64,000 bases of DNA, taken from assembly GCA_951406725.2 (NCBI GenBank), contig OX597820.1, positions 7,192,001 through 7,256,000 on the forward strand, written 5' to 3'. The position numbers and the translations under genes are program-made. The DNA is from Octopus vulgaris. Its lineage: Eukaryota. Shown here in pieces: positions 44,972-57,360 of the stretch (position 1 is its first letter; every line of letters begins with the position of its first letter). Under the pieces are notes generated by a model, which saw only the letters and a list, made by a program, of their open reading frames with translations, was not told the DNA's origin and made no database searches.

Positions 44972-45059
44972 ATCTAAAAATAGGATAAAATCTTCATAAG
45001 AATTTATGAAGTAGTTAGCGTGAAAAACCTCATATTATTCATATTATTACATAGAAGGA

Positions 45060-45185
45060 CATTATTACACATAGATGCCTCACGCTAGCAGGGACTCTTA
45101 AAGTCAAAACTACTAAAATAAATTTATTTTAGTAGTTTTGAGTTTAAGAGTCCCTCCTAGCGTGTGGCATCTATGTGTAATAATG
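45060..45185. repeat. Spacer-less palindrome with 63 bp arms
   Basis: Centre lies between 45122 and 45123; three mismatches. Confidence 0.95.
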
Positions 45186-45202
45186 CCCTCAATATAATAT
45201 AT

Positions 45203-45486
45203 ACCGTGCTATTCACCAGATTTACCCCCTGCAGACTTCCGTCTCTTCCCCAAGACGAACAGGCAGCTCAAAGAGAGCCGTTTTAACACCGTTGTAAAGA
45301 TGCAGAAGCGAACCGCAGAAGATCCGCGACTCGCTTACGGAAAACGACTTACAGGATGGATTCCAAAAGTGACAAGAACGCTAGGACCGGTGTATTACTA
45401 CACCAGGAGGATATTTAAAAGGAGGTGATGTTGAATTATTTCATATTTAAACATAACAAGTCCGGGACCGTTTTGATAGGTACCTA
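45203..45486 (+). mobile_element. Mariner 3' fragment
   Basis: PCYSPDLPPADFRLFPKTNRQLKESRF...RCITTPGGY, ending in a TIR-like agtccgggaccgttttgataggta. Confidence 0.85.
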
Positions 45487-46599
45487 TGTATGCATGTATC
45501 TATATATCTATGTATCTGTGTACTTTCTAAAGTACCAAGTTCAACACTGCTGCTACACACTCCAGTAACGAGGCCTGTTAGAATGGCTCCAAGAGCGACT
45601 CCGCCACAGACGTCATTACCTCAAACACCACCGACGACCTCACCTTTACCACATCACTTCCCTCTCACCACCATCTTCAACATCATCCGTCCACCATCAC
45701 CACCATCACCAACGTCACCACTACCATCAACCATTACCCAACGTGTGAGTGTGCTGTAAACAACGTCATTATCTCTTTTATTATTTGCCTGTCTTTCCTT
45801 AAAGACTTTTCCTCTCTAATATAGCTTTCTTAATCAATTCCACCTTTCACCTCGCTCTAATTAATCATCATAGAGTCATTTCTGTGGAGAGTGCATACAT
45901 TAGCCACCAAACTGCTCTCCTCCATCTCACTCACTTCAACATTTTCAAGTAATGAGCTAATCAACTTCCACACACACACACAGATTATCTTTATCATTTT
46001 CAACAAAGTGATACATCCCTTTAGCAGGAAATTCTTAATTATAATTCCGTCTTCAGGCCCCATTGATTGAAATGTATCATTAGAAGAACATTTCCATTAA
46101 TGACGACCCGAACATCACAGAAAACTTATCAAATTTAACAAATGTCTCGTTCTGGTGTGAAAAGTTAAAACATGGCCGGTGGATAGTGGCAGAGTGACGG
46201 ACGAAATACCTTGTGGTTCATAATCGTATCATAAAACCCTTCATAAGTTGCAGAAACATATTTCTGCAGCAGAGAACTGATTCCTGCAAAATGTAAAAAG
46301 AAAAAAAATAATTGCTACCTCTTAGTCGACATTAAAGTTATTCGTGCCCTTGGCAGGGGGAACAATTATGAGATGGTGAAGCTTGATTTGGAAGATGGTG
46401 ACGAGATTAGGAAAAAGGGTCACGTTAGTTTTGTACTTCCCTGTTTGTACACTGGCGTCCAATATCTGGTTGGACGAAATACGACTGGCACAGAGACGCT
46501 GGTAGTAACCTTGACCCTTTCGAACAATCGTGACCCTTTGAATACCGTCTTCTTACTCTTCTACTGCAGGCAGACTGTAAAAGTTGAACTATTAAGCAA

Positions 46600-47050
46600 C
46601 GTTTACTCAAATGAAGTCTGAACTAAAAGAAAGTTTCCAGTTGCACTGAAAGATTGCAGAATGGGAGGGGTTCCTCTTTAAAACTTTGGAAGGAAAGAAC
46701 CTAGGACAGTGGTACAAGTCAGAAGGATTAGATGTTACAAATGTGAAGGCAAAGGCTTTCGGCGCTCTTTCTCGGTGGAAGTAATTGACAAATGAGGAAA
46801 AGGGGGATAAGCGTAACAGCAACAATGACAGCAGATCCATGGGACTCTTTTCCCATGCTTACTGGTAGTTGCAGCTTTTAGGACGATCGGAAAAATTCAC
46901 AGCATCTTCAGTTTCCAAAAGGGTAAGCAAGAAGCAGATGGCCTCTTCCCAGTAATGCCTACCCGTTATCCAACTTGTAATAATTATTAACTGGACTGCA
47001 TCACTCAAGATCTCTTTACAGCTACATGGAGAGGCCATGTTTCGTTGATG
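46600..47050 (-). mobile_element. Possible decayed CR1-group LINE 3' fragment
   Basis: Minus strand RFFPSKVLKRNPSHSAIFQCNWKL loosely resembles the SFFPRTxxxWNxLP C-terminus. Confidence 0.35.
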
Positions 47051-47469
47051 AGGCCATAACTATTACGGAACCAATTCTATGTTGTCCCCCCTTGTTCGAA
47101 GAAATAGTTAAAACCATTTCCTCGTATCATTTCTTTCCACACCACAATAGATGCTACTAATGTATTATTCCATCTTCCTTACTTCCAACATGTAAACAAT
47201 CAACACATTTATGACCTGCTGTCTTCAATTATGTCTTTTTATGTTCGAATATTACCAAAATCGATATTTTCGCAGATCGATCGTCTCATCTATCTTCCTT
47301 GTGTCGATAATATAAACATCACTCATCTAAAATTGTCCTTTGTGTATCTGCGTGAGTGACGTTGCAGTTAATGTTGTTTAGCCCAGAGTAATCCTTCAAT
47401 GAGGAAACATAGGCTGAAATGTGTTCCGTCCATGACCATCATTATGTTTATACATATCCGGCGAGAACA

Positions 47470-47870
47470 GGCGGCGAGCTGGCAGAAACGTTAGCACGCC
47501 GGGCGAAATGCTTACCGGTAATTCGTCTGTCATTACGTTCTGTGTTCAAATTCCACCGAGGTCGACTTTGCCTTTCATCTTTTCGGAGTCGATAAATAAA
47601 GTACCAGTTTCGCACTGGAGACGATGTAATCGACTTAATCCGTTTGTCTGTCCTTGTTTGTCCTCTCTGTGTTTAGCCCCTTGTGGGTAGTAAAGAAATA
47701 GGTGTTTCGCCTGTCTTTACATTCTGAGTTCAAATTCGTCGAGGTCGACTTTGCCTTTCATCCTTTCGGAGTAGATAAAGTACCAGTTTCGCACTGGGGT
47801 CGATGTAATCCCTTTGTCTGTCCTTTTTTGTCCCCTCTCTATTTAGCCCCTTGTGGGCAGTAAAGAAATA
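47470..47870 (+). mobile_element. Dimeric SINE family A
   Basis: A full monomer at 47470-47700 is followed by a second monomer that lacks the A-box half of the head. Confidence 0.92.
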
Positions 47871-48199
47871 TATACATATCCGGCGAGATTGTTTTAAAGA
47901 TGGTAGTGATTCGAGGATTCGGTTGCTACTTTTAGCAAGTCGAGGGAGGACATAAATGATACAAAGGATCTTACGTTGGTTCTTATGTTTGTGTATGTTT
48001 GCTAGTAAATATCTGTAGGCGTATATATGTCTGCAAAAGTGTGAGTATATGCTCATAGTTATATATGTTTGTGATTATATATCAGTATATGTATGAGAAA
48101 ACTCGATAGGTAGAAAGATACGTGAAGGGATAGGAAGATGAATAGACAGAAACGGAGAGAGAGAGAGAATAGTAAAAAGTTGTGTATATGAGTTTATGG

Positions 48200-48385
48200 G
48201 GAGAGTTTACGAAAAAAACAAAAGGCGAAGACAGGTGGTGTACAAAACAAACAGATATATTAGTATAACGTTCAAGAATAGAAAAAGTATTTTACGTTTC
48301 GAGCCTACGCTCTTCCACAGAAAGGGACACAGAAAAAACATGGAGAGAAAAAAATATGAGTAGTGGCTAAGGATCTATCATGGCA
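48200..48385 (-). mobile_element. Penelope-like terminal repeat fragment, family P1 (copy 3)
   Basis: Homologous to 10567-10770 and 29563-29760. Confidence 0.65.
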
Positions 48386-48442
48386 ACTGATATGTATTTA
48401 TGTATGCATCCTTCTATTTATATTTGTCTATCTATACACCTA

Positions 48443-49014
48443 TGTATGTTCGTTCAAAAGGTAACCGACTGTATTCATTCTCGCTAAAACTAATGCCGCA
48501 TGACTAAAATGCTTTGGGTGGGATGTGACGCCATTGATTCTGCGCATGCGTGAAAGTTTTCGAGCCGGAAGGCCGCATCAGTTCCTAGCTGCTACGCCTG
48601 GAATACATATACGTAGTGTGCGCTGGTCGGAATTTTCGTTTCCAACGAACGCATCGAGGACCACAGGCAGGTCATCCGCAATCCGAAACGAGGAACCGAG
48701 GAGAATGTCATGGAAGAAGTCGCATAACAATCCCGGCTTGAAACCGTCTGAGCTTTGGGTCGTCCACAAACTGAAAAGTACGCCGAAAGGGAAACGATTT
48801 GAGTGCGAGAGCAAATTATGAGAAAAGCAATGAGGACGCTTCATAGCATTCCATGGAAGGCATTCCAGAGGTGTTACCAACAAAACCGTCTCTAGAAGTG
48901 TGTGAACACTTTAGGAGTGTATTTTGAAGGTGATTAAATAGAAATGGGGAAATGCACAAAGTCGTGTGTTTTTTTTTTCTGCCCATAAGCCGGATACTCT
49001 TTAAACGCACCTCA
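48443..49014 (+). mobile_element. Internally deleted mariner, about 570 bp
   Basis: Diverged TIRs (gttcgttcaaaaggtaaccgact and agccggatactctttaaacgcacctca followed by TA); remnants NPGLKPSELWVVHKLKSTPKGKRF and CV...YFEGD*. Confidence 0.78.
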
Positions 49015-49319
49015 TATGTAAGTATTATGAATGCATGGCCTGATGGAGGGATGGATGGATGGATGGATGTAGGTCGGTATGTGTATATGTAGGTAGGTAG
49101 GTAGTTAGCCAGCTAGGTGCGTACGTAGGCAGACAGACAAGCAGGCAGTCTTAAATGCAGGTAAATAGGTAGATAACGTTTATGAGAGCTAAATAGTGCC
49201 CAACATGCGGTGCAAGGAGACTTAACGCAGAGTGACTGTAAAATAAATGTCTTAACCACTGCCAAGGTGATGTCTTCTTTAAGGATCAGTTTAGAAGCTG
49301 AGTCGACGGAGAGTAATTC

Positions 49320-49541
49320 ATATTTCTTTACTACCCACAAGGGGCTAAACATAGAGGGGACAAACAAGGACAGTCAAAGGGATTAAGTCGATTATATCGA
49401 CTCCAGTGTGTAACTGGTACTGATTTAATCGACCCCGAAAGGATGAAAGGCAAAGTCGACCTCGGCGGAATTTGAATTCAGAAGTAACGGCAGACGAAAT
49501 ACCGCCAAGAATTTCGCCCGGCGTGCTAACGTTTCTGCCAG
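49320..49541 (-). mobile_element. SINE family A
   Basis: Close match to 7107-7332. Confidence 0.9.
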
Positions 49542-50035
49542 ATGACGTCTTTCTGGTGGTTTAAATACACAAATCTCCGATACTCAAGTGAGTAAAAAGT
49601 GTCAGGAGTAATGACCTGAACACCAGTCCGAATCCCTTAGAGTGTAAGAAGTGAAGGGCCAAGACACTGACCAGGGGCGAGTCCCTTCTATGAGCTCCTT
49701 CAATTGTTCAGATATTTTCGAAATTATTTAGTTGTTATTTCTAGACGGATGAGAAGCTGCTTACTAGTTCGTTCGACGTGTCATTAGAAATGGAGCATCG
49801 AGGCGAGGTGTATGATCATCTCACCATTTAGTGTGTGTGTGTGTGTGTGTGTATGCTTGTGTGCATACGTCTGTGTGCGTTTGTGTATGTGTGTGTTTAT
49901 ATCTAACCTAGCACAGTTATAATTGTGCGTATAACTGAAAAATTGTATGTATAACTGTGTTTGCATTAGTGTCTGTGTCTGTGTCTTTATGTGTTCGAAG
50001 TGTGTATACGAGCATGCAGGCAAATCAGTACGTGT

Positions 50036-50085
<50 letters not shown>

Positions 50086-51809
50086 GTGCATGTACGCGCG
50101 TGTATGTGCATGTGTTTATATGCGCATGCGTGTTGGCATGTGTAAAACCGCGCATGTACGATTGTATATTTTGTATTTGTGTGGTAATGTGACTTTGTTT
50201 CTTTGTGTGTGTGTGTGTGTGTGTGTGTAAATGTACGTACATATGTCCATAAGTATCTATGTAATTATGTCACTGTGCATATGCCGGTGAATATATGAGG
50301 GTGTATATATACGTGTGGTTATATGTGCATCTGTGTGTGTATGTGTGTGTTTGCGTGTGCGTGTGTCTGCCTTGATGTGTTTCTCTATGAATGTTTTCAC
50401 ACACACACACTCATATATAGATCACGTGTATTGCTATAAAAACAAGAATGTGTGTGCATGTATGTGTTTGTGACTATGCGGTTGTACGCTTATGTTAGTA
50501 TCTAGCAGTGTGTTTATATACGCACATATACACACATGTACACACACGCACAAATGTAATATATACATTAGAGTATACGTGTGTTTAGTATATGTGTGTG
50601 TGAAGCATGTGGGTGAAAATACAGTGTGGCTGTATGTGTATGCATATATGCGTGTGTGTGTGTATATGCGGTGGGGAAAGGGACAGAGTGTAATTAAGAA
50701 GGAGTTATTACTTTCCAATCCACCATGGTGTGTTCATCAATTATTTCTCGGTTCATAATAAGAAATGTTTACCTTAATTGATCTTCCCTGCTTCCTAACT
50801 CATAATCAGCTTCGCACTGTCTTTCGTTTACCAATCAGCTCCACCATCTTTTCACTTTGCTATACTCTACTACAACTACAAATTACTACACCTGAGCAAC
50901 TCAGGCCTAGTTCATTCCTCGCCCGACCCATTCCACTCTTTTTTTTGTCTTTTCCAATTATTTTAATTTTACTCTAAAATGGCGGAGGGCATGGCAGATT
51001 TCCGGTAGACGATGCTCATAGTAAAATACGTAGCGTAGGGGCCCACACATATAATGATATACTCTCTGCTGTAAAACCCCTTTTAGCAGAGATTATTGAT
51101 ATAATTAGTAAACAAATTAGATACTTCTTGAGGGAGTTCTTGTCTCCTAATTACGTGGATAACCTCTGTTAATATGAGTTTGTCAACTCTCCCTTTTGTG
51201 TTGTTAAAGAACGAATTACATTTTTTTCTTTCGTAGTAAACATCTTTCAGTCGATGATGGTTAGACTTGATTGAAGTAGCAACCAAATTTCATTTCTCTT
51301 ACAGTGTCTTGGCGAAAAGATGGAATTAATTTTAGTTCCAAGACAGAATGTGCTAAACGAAATACTGAAAGATTAGTTGAAATACGTTTGTGATATATTT
51401 CAACTTCTAAAAGCAAATTCACAGCAGTTACTGTGCAGATATGTCACGTGCCTACTTTTTACTGACCCTGGGTTCACATACGCCAAAACATCTCTCAGCG
51501 TTAATACAGCCGTTACTGCTGTTTCTGCCCTGGCGGACTAATGGCTCTATTCAGTCAATGATGTTGAGTGTATTTTAGCGAAAGCTACGGCTTTAATTAT
51601 ATCTGACCAGAGTTGCCTCTCATCGGTATTTCTCATTGATAACATCTAAAGAGCTAGAAACATGTCTGAGAATGCGACAGCGGGTAGCACTGGACGAATA
51701 TGGTGTTTTTACACTGTTATACCATAGAAGAGAATTGCTTTTTATCCTACTGCAGTGAATTTACTTTTAGAAGTTGATGTATGTGACGTTTTAATTAACC
51801 TAAAGCTCG

Positions 51810-51869
<60 letters not shown>

Positions 51870-51883
51870 ACGAAAACATTTAA

Positions 51884-51917
<34 letters not shown>

Positions 51918-52050
51918 ACGAAAACATTTAATATATGTACATATATTTATTTATTTGTAAATTTTGTAAACAATCTCACAGGCTGTTAAATTTCGGAGAA
52001 AAGCAACCACACAAGTCATTTTATAATAACTGTAATTATATATTATTATT

Positions 52051-52238
52051 TTTTATAATAGTAATAATATAGTCTCCAATTAAAGCAACTAATCTGAGCA
52101 CATGACTGAAAAAAGATGGGTCGAACCACTGGGAATTGAACATGGCATCAATGCTATGTTCAGTTCCCAGTGATTCGACCCATCCTTTTCGGTTATATGT
52201 TTAGCTTAATTGGAACTTATATTATTATTATTATAAAA
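52051..52238. repeat. Long imperfect palindrome (MITE-like)
   Basis: gatgggtcgaaccactgggaattgaacatggcat-ca-atgctatgttcagttcccagtgattcgacccatc, with AT-rich outer arms. Confidence 0.92.
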
Positions 52239-52784
52239 CATATATTTGCAGTTGTTATATACATGTATGTGTGTGTGTATGTGTGCAGTCAGTTAGTAAG
52301 CTTGATGCAGCCTGTGATAGGTACAAAAAGAAACTTTCAGGAAGAGGGGTAGTTTATTGCCGTCGGAAGTCGTAGGCTTCTTCCGTATCGAAGTTGGCTG
52401 CAATTTTTTTTGTAGGTCATGGTTAGCAACAAGGATTCCTAGCAAAGCGAATGAAAATCCAAATTGAGGGAGTGGAGCGGTTGAAATCCAGGTTACATAC
52501 GTTTCCTAGCCAGAAGATCTTCGGAAGGAATGATTACTAAACAAGGGGTACTCCGCTAGCTATTCATCAGGCGGAAAATACCTTAGTTAAATGTCGTTAA
52601 GCAATTATAAGTTAACTCGCCGGATATATTATATGTGTGTGTGTGTGTGCGTGTGTGTGTGTGTGTGTGTGTTTGTATGTGTGTGTGTGTGCATACATAA
52701 AAATACATATATATATATATATTCTTTTAGTTATTCTTTTCTTGTTTCAGTCATTTGACTATGACCATGGTAGAGCATCACTTC

Positions 52785-52827
<43 letters not shown>

Positions 52828-53061
52828 AACAACGACCTCGAACCCACAAAAGTAAACAAGAGAGACAGAGACAGGCAGAAACAAGGAAAATGCCATTTAT
52901 ATTTGAACACCATAAAATATTCTTTGAAAAAAACTTTTCTTTTAATTTTTCTAAATTTAATCATTTAATTGTTACAGTTGAAAAAGTCTCAATGACTCAA
53001 ACCGGTACTGAAATGTTTTTTATAAAATTATTTTAGCATTTTCTCTTTTGACTTTTTTTCC

Positions 53062-53160
<99 letters not shown>

Positions 53161-53524
53161 CTGTTGTGTGTAGAGCTAATTACTCCACTTCAATACTACC
53201 CTATTTTCACTATCCCCGACGGCATTAAACTCTTCCCTATTTTCAGTCTTCTTCCTCAATTATAACAATATTCCCATTCTTCAGATACACCATTCCACAC
53301 GTCACTAAATTATCGATATTTCCCAGTAAGGCGAATATAATTTTTACAGATTCTTCGACAATTTCGGCTGCTCTGTGTTCGAGCAATTAATAATAGTTTC
53401 AGTTCGTATCATACCAAAGGAATTTGATAATATTTATTAGTTCAGTTTCGCGATAACTCTCTCTTCTTTTTAGCGATTACAAAATATTTCTCGCTTCTGT
53501 TTTGTTAAAAATATATATACATGC

Positions 53525-53555
<31 letters not shown>

Positions 53556-53685
53556 TGTATGTATATATATATATATATATGCCTATATATATATATATGC
53601 ATATGTATATTTATATATAGATATGTGTATATATATGTATAAATATATATGCATATGTGTGTATATATATATGTGTGTGTATGTG

Positions 53686-53736
<51 letters not shown>

Positions 53737-54009
53737 GTATTTATATGTGTGTGCGTGCGTGTGTGTGTGTCTGTGTGTATTATACACTGCACAGAGACAA
53801 AAGACCTATATGCTGTGATGTGAGGCCGTGTGTGCAATTAGCTACAATAGATATAAGCAGGCAGGTATAAAATGTTAGGAGACAGTATTCAACTAAGAAT
53901 AGTTCAGAGGTAGCTAGCCACGTACATATTTGTAGTTATATAAACAGGTTTAAACAAACACACACACACACACGCACGCTTTTATATATGCCTATATATA
54001 TATATATAT

Positions 54010-54240
54010 ATATATATAAAGTTAATTCAAACATGAAAACACAGAAAAAAAGAGAAAAAAACACAGCAACGCGAGGACGTGGAACAATTAAAGTATTATT
54101 GACGCTCAGGAAAGAAGGGAAGGAGAGTTTAACGTTTCGAGCGGAGCTCTTCGTCGGAAACAAGGAGAAGGAAAGATCCCAAGAAGGGAAGACAGAGGAA
54201 AAAATATTTTTGCTGGTGGTGCTCAAGAGATCACATGTTG
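54010..54240 (-). mobile_element. Penelope-like terminal fragment (related to P1) with hammerhead-like motif
   Basis: Minus strand CCGACGA-AGAGC-TCC-GCTC-GAAACGTT at 54131-54157; shares gtatta..acgctcnggaa with the P1 copies. Confidence 0.65.
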
Positions 54241-54284
54241 AAATATATATATACATACACACACATATATATATATATATATAT

Positions 54285-54488
54285 GTTTCTTTATTATCCA
54301 CAAGGGGCTAAAAATAAGGGGGACAAACAAGGAAAGACAAACGAATTAAGTCGATTACATCGACCCCAGTGTGTAACTGGTACTTAATTTATTGACCCCG
54401 AAAGGATGAAAGGCAAAGTCGACCTCGGAGGAATTTGAAGTCAGAACGTAACGACAGACGAAATATGGCTACGCATTTCGCCCGGCAT
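54285..54488 (-). mobile_element. SINE family A, head truncated
   Basis: aagtcgattacatcgaccccagtgtgtaactggtac...aaagtcgacctcgg. Confidence 0.88.
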
Positions 54489-54512
54489 GCATATATGATA
54501 TATCTGATAGAA

Positions 54513-54513
54513 T

Positions 54514-54581
<68 letters not shown>

Positions 54582-54930
54582 TGTTTCTTTATTTGCCACA
54601 CAGGGCTGCACACAGATAGAACAAATTACAAGGTAGAGCTTTTCTTTTGAAGGTTTAAAAAAAAAAAAAAAAAGGAAGGGGGAGTTTCGATCAAAAGGGA
54701 TCGTAAGATAGATAGATAGATTGATAGGTAGGTAGGTATGTATGTATGTATGTATGTAGGTAGGTAGGTAGGTAGATAGGTAGGTAGGTAGGTAGATCGG
54801 TAGGTAGGTATGTATGTATGTATGTATGTAGGTAGGTAGGTAGGTAGGTAGGTAGGTAGGTAGATAGGTAGATAGGTAGGTAGGTAGGTAGATCGGTAGG
54901 TAGGTAGGTAGGTAGGTAGGTAGGTAGGTA
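54513..54930. repeat. (GATA)n, (GGTA)n and (GTAT)n microsatellites interrupted by a short repeat remnant at 54583-54708
   Basis: Directly visible. Confidence 0.93.
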
Positions 54931-55867
54931 GAGTAGAAAATGCGAACAATCCAGACCGTGTAAAGAAGGGAAATTCCCTGATTTTGAAGTTCGTTTGATA
55001 AGTACCATGGAGACACACGTCACTTTCGTCACCTTCGACGCACACAGACAGACAGAAACACCACATACGCGCACACACACACATGTACCTACAGCGGAAG
55101 GAAAAGAGAGAGTGTTGGAGGAGGTCAGGAGATGTCCGCTGATAAATACAGGCAAGCTGTGAGACGGGTGAGGGTGGGGGACTTTTTGTGTTTCCTGTCA
55201 TTCCTGAAGACGTTATTTTTTTCAATAATGACGCAGGAAGCATTTCTAGTCCTTAAATCAAATCGTGGCTATTTTATTTGGATTTTCTCCTTTGCCTTTC
55301 TCTCTTTGTCTCTCTTTCTTCACTTCTCTTTGTTTCTCTTCTCTCTCTCTCTCTCTCTCTCTCTTTCCCCCTTTATCTCTCTATCTCTCTTCTTCTCTCT
55401 CTCCATAGGTATCATAATTCTATGATAAAAAAAGCTAAGGATGACCTTAATTTCCCCGGTAACTCTAGAAATAAAATGTTCCAAATTATTACACGCCTCA
55501 TCATAACTGGAGTTAGGTGTATCTACAGATTTGCTTGATTTGCCAGAAATAGCAACCAATTCTCTTTTGATTGAAGTTTTTTCTATTTTCCACAGAAAGG
55601 CGGAAGCGGGGTAGGGTAGTATAAGGAATACGGTTTTAATACTAGTTATAAGAATTTCAGAAAATATCTTTGAAGAAGAAATTAGCCAATACGCTTCTTT
55701 TACAAGTCTTCCAAACTTCAGAAGTTGCGTTAGAAAGCAACACTTGCAGCCCTTAAGCGGGAGTTCAGAAATCTTGACTGAATATGTACCCCAGTGTGGA
55801 TTCCCTAAAATCACCATCCAAGTGTTGCGTCGTGTAAGACTAGGGCCTACCCTGTAACAAGTACAAA

Positions 55868-56012
55868 TATGGCAAATGATGAGCAACATGCCGGACAAAA
55901 TACTTAGCGGCATTTAGTCCGTCTTCACATTCTCACTTCAAAATTCTTTTTGGGCCGATGATGTAAGTAGCAATCGTGTGTTCAACTTGAAGTAATCGAT
56001 ATACCTTATCGA
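55868..56012 (+). mobile_element. Decayed SINE family A
   Basis: gcaacatgccggacaaaatacttagcggcatttagtccgtc. Confidence 0.55.
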
Positions 56013-56059
56013 TATCACTTGTGACTATAGTAGGAAGGATTCTTTACACCTGAAATGCC

Positions 56060-56516
56060 TACACAGATTACAGGTGGCGAGATAATTCTAGGTGTTCTTC
56101 CAGGTGTTTGTTGTAAAGGAGGCAGCGTCCCCAAAGTCCATCCCCTCCTCACCGTGGTGGGGACGCTGGCAACGTTTAGTGTCAGAGCTATGCCATCGGG
56201 AACTTCGGTTCCTGGTAGGGCCACCCAAGGCGGATTAGTCTGACACCGAGTGGTATTAGGGCCACAACCCGGCAGACGGGACTCTGGTGAAAAATCCTCG
56301 GAGTGTCTGTTTTGGCAACCGGTGTCTCCTCGGTCGTTCTGTCCCTGCGTCTGCAGCAAACAGGATGTCTCTACATGCGGGATTGTTGGGGACCGTTTGT
56401 CAAATCCACATATTCTCACGAAACCTCTTCCACTGCCATGGTTCGAGATGCCTCGAGGGTGCTGGAAGAAGCCGACTCAACCCACCCAGGGTGAATGTCG
56501 CTACAAGTACAAGTAA
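56060..56516 (+). mobile_element. Non-autonomous bipartite RTE derivative (5' UTR joined to the extreme 3' end)
   Basis: The 5' block accgtggtggggacgctg...gagctatgccatcggg...cctggtagggccacccaaggcgga resembles, from memory, RTE (BovB/Expander-type) 5' UTRs. The 3' block reads TAMVRDASRVLEEADSTHPG* and ends in acaagtacaagta. Confidence 0.68.
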
Positions 56517-56862
56517 GGCGGCAGTAACGGGAGAAGACTCCTCTCTCTCTCTCTCTCTGATCATGATTTCACAGAACAACTTATGCAACGCATTCATTTT
56601 GTATCCGTCATTCTGAAATTAAATGTTAGTAAAATATCCCTAAACCAGAACTGAGCCAATCATGTAACGAATATGAAGAGAAACCCAACGTTTACGATAT
56701 CCAAATAGGCTGAAACAAGAGTTCTGTTGCCAGTATGTTTCGTAAAGACATTTAGACCCAAGTTCCAATTATAAATTCGTTGTTTACTGGAAATATAGAA
56801 ATAGAGTAATAGCTGTGCTGATGACGCTCTCGCTTGACAGTCAGACCGTCGTTTCCTTAAGG

Positions 56863-57360
56863 CAGTGGTCGGGGAATATTTTTTAACCAATTACTCCAAA
56901 ATATATTTATTTACGCTACCGTTACCACTTGATTTGAAAGGAAAGAAATCATAGATTCTGTGAATTCAAAAGATTTGTTGAATCTATTTTTACGGAGAAT
57001 ACAATTGGAAATATAAAAAAGTATAAAACAAATGCGACAAAATAAATTAATATCCTCATAATGAAACAAAAGGATTTTTCTAGAAACTCTTCCCTTACGA
57101 ACCGCTAAGTTACGGGGACGTAAACACACTCTGCTTTGTTTTTATGTTCCTTAGAGTGGAAAATCCTTGTTTGCAAAGGTAGGTTGTAGCATAAAACGGC
57201 AACTTTTTCACTGCCTCCACCTTTCGAGAAAATATTTCTGTCGTAACAAGGAACAGTTTTTTTAAATATAATTTTAATTATGTCTAATGAGTCCTCATTA
57301 CCTCCAAGAATTTCATCTTTACTCCACTTGGGGTAATTTACCCTGATTTGCCGACCCCTG
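56863..57360. mobile_element. hAT-type (Charlie-like) non-autonomous element
   Basis: TIRs cagtggtcgg and ttgccgacccctg; 8 bp flanks ccttaagg and acttaaga match at 6 of 8 positions. Contains a SINE-B fragment at about 57095-57130. Confidence 0.72.

Noticed and set aside
51868-51940. Short tandem duplication taacgaaaacatttaatatatgta
   Set aside because: Ordinary slippage duplication within a (TA)n tract. The pair at 11043 and 11131 is similar.
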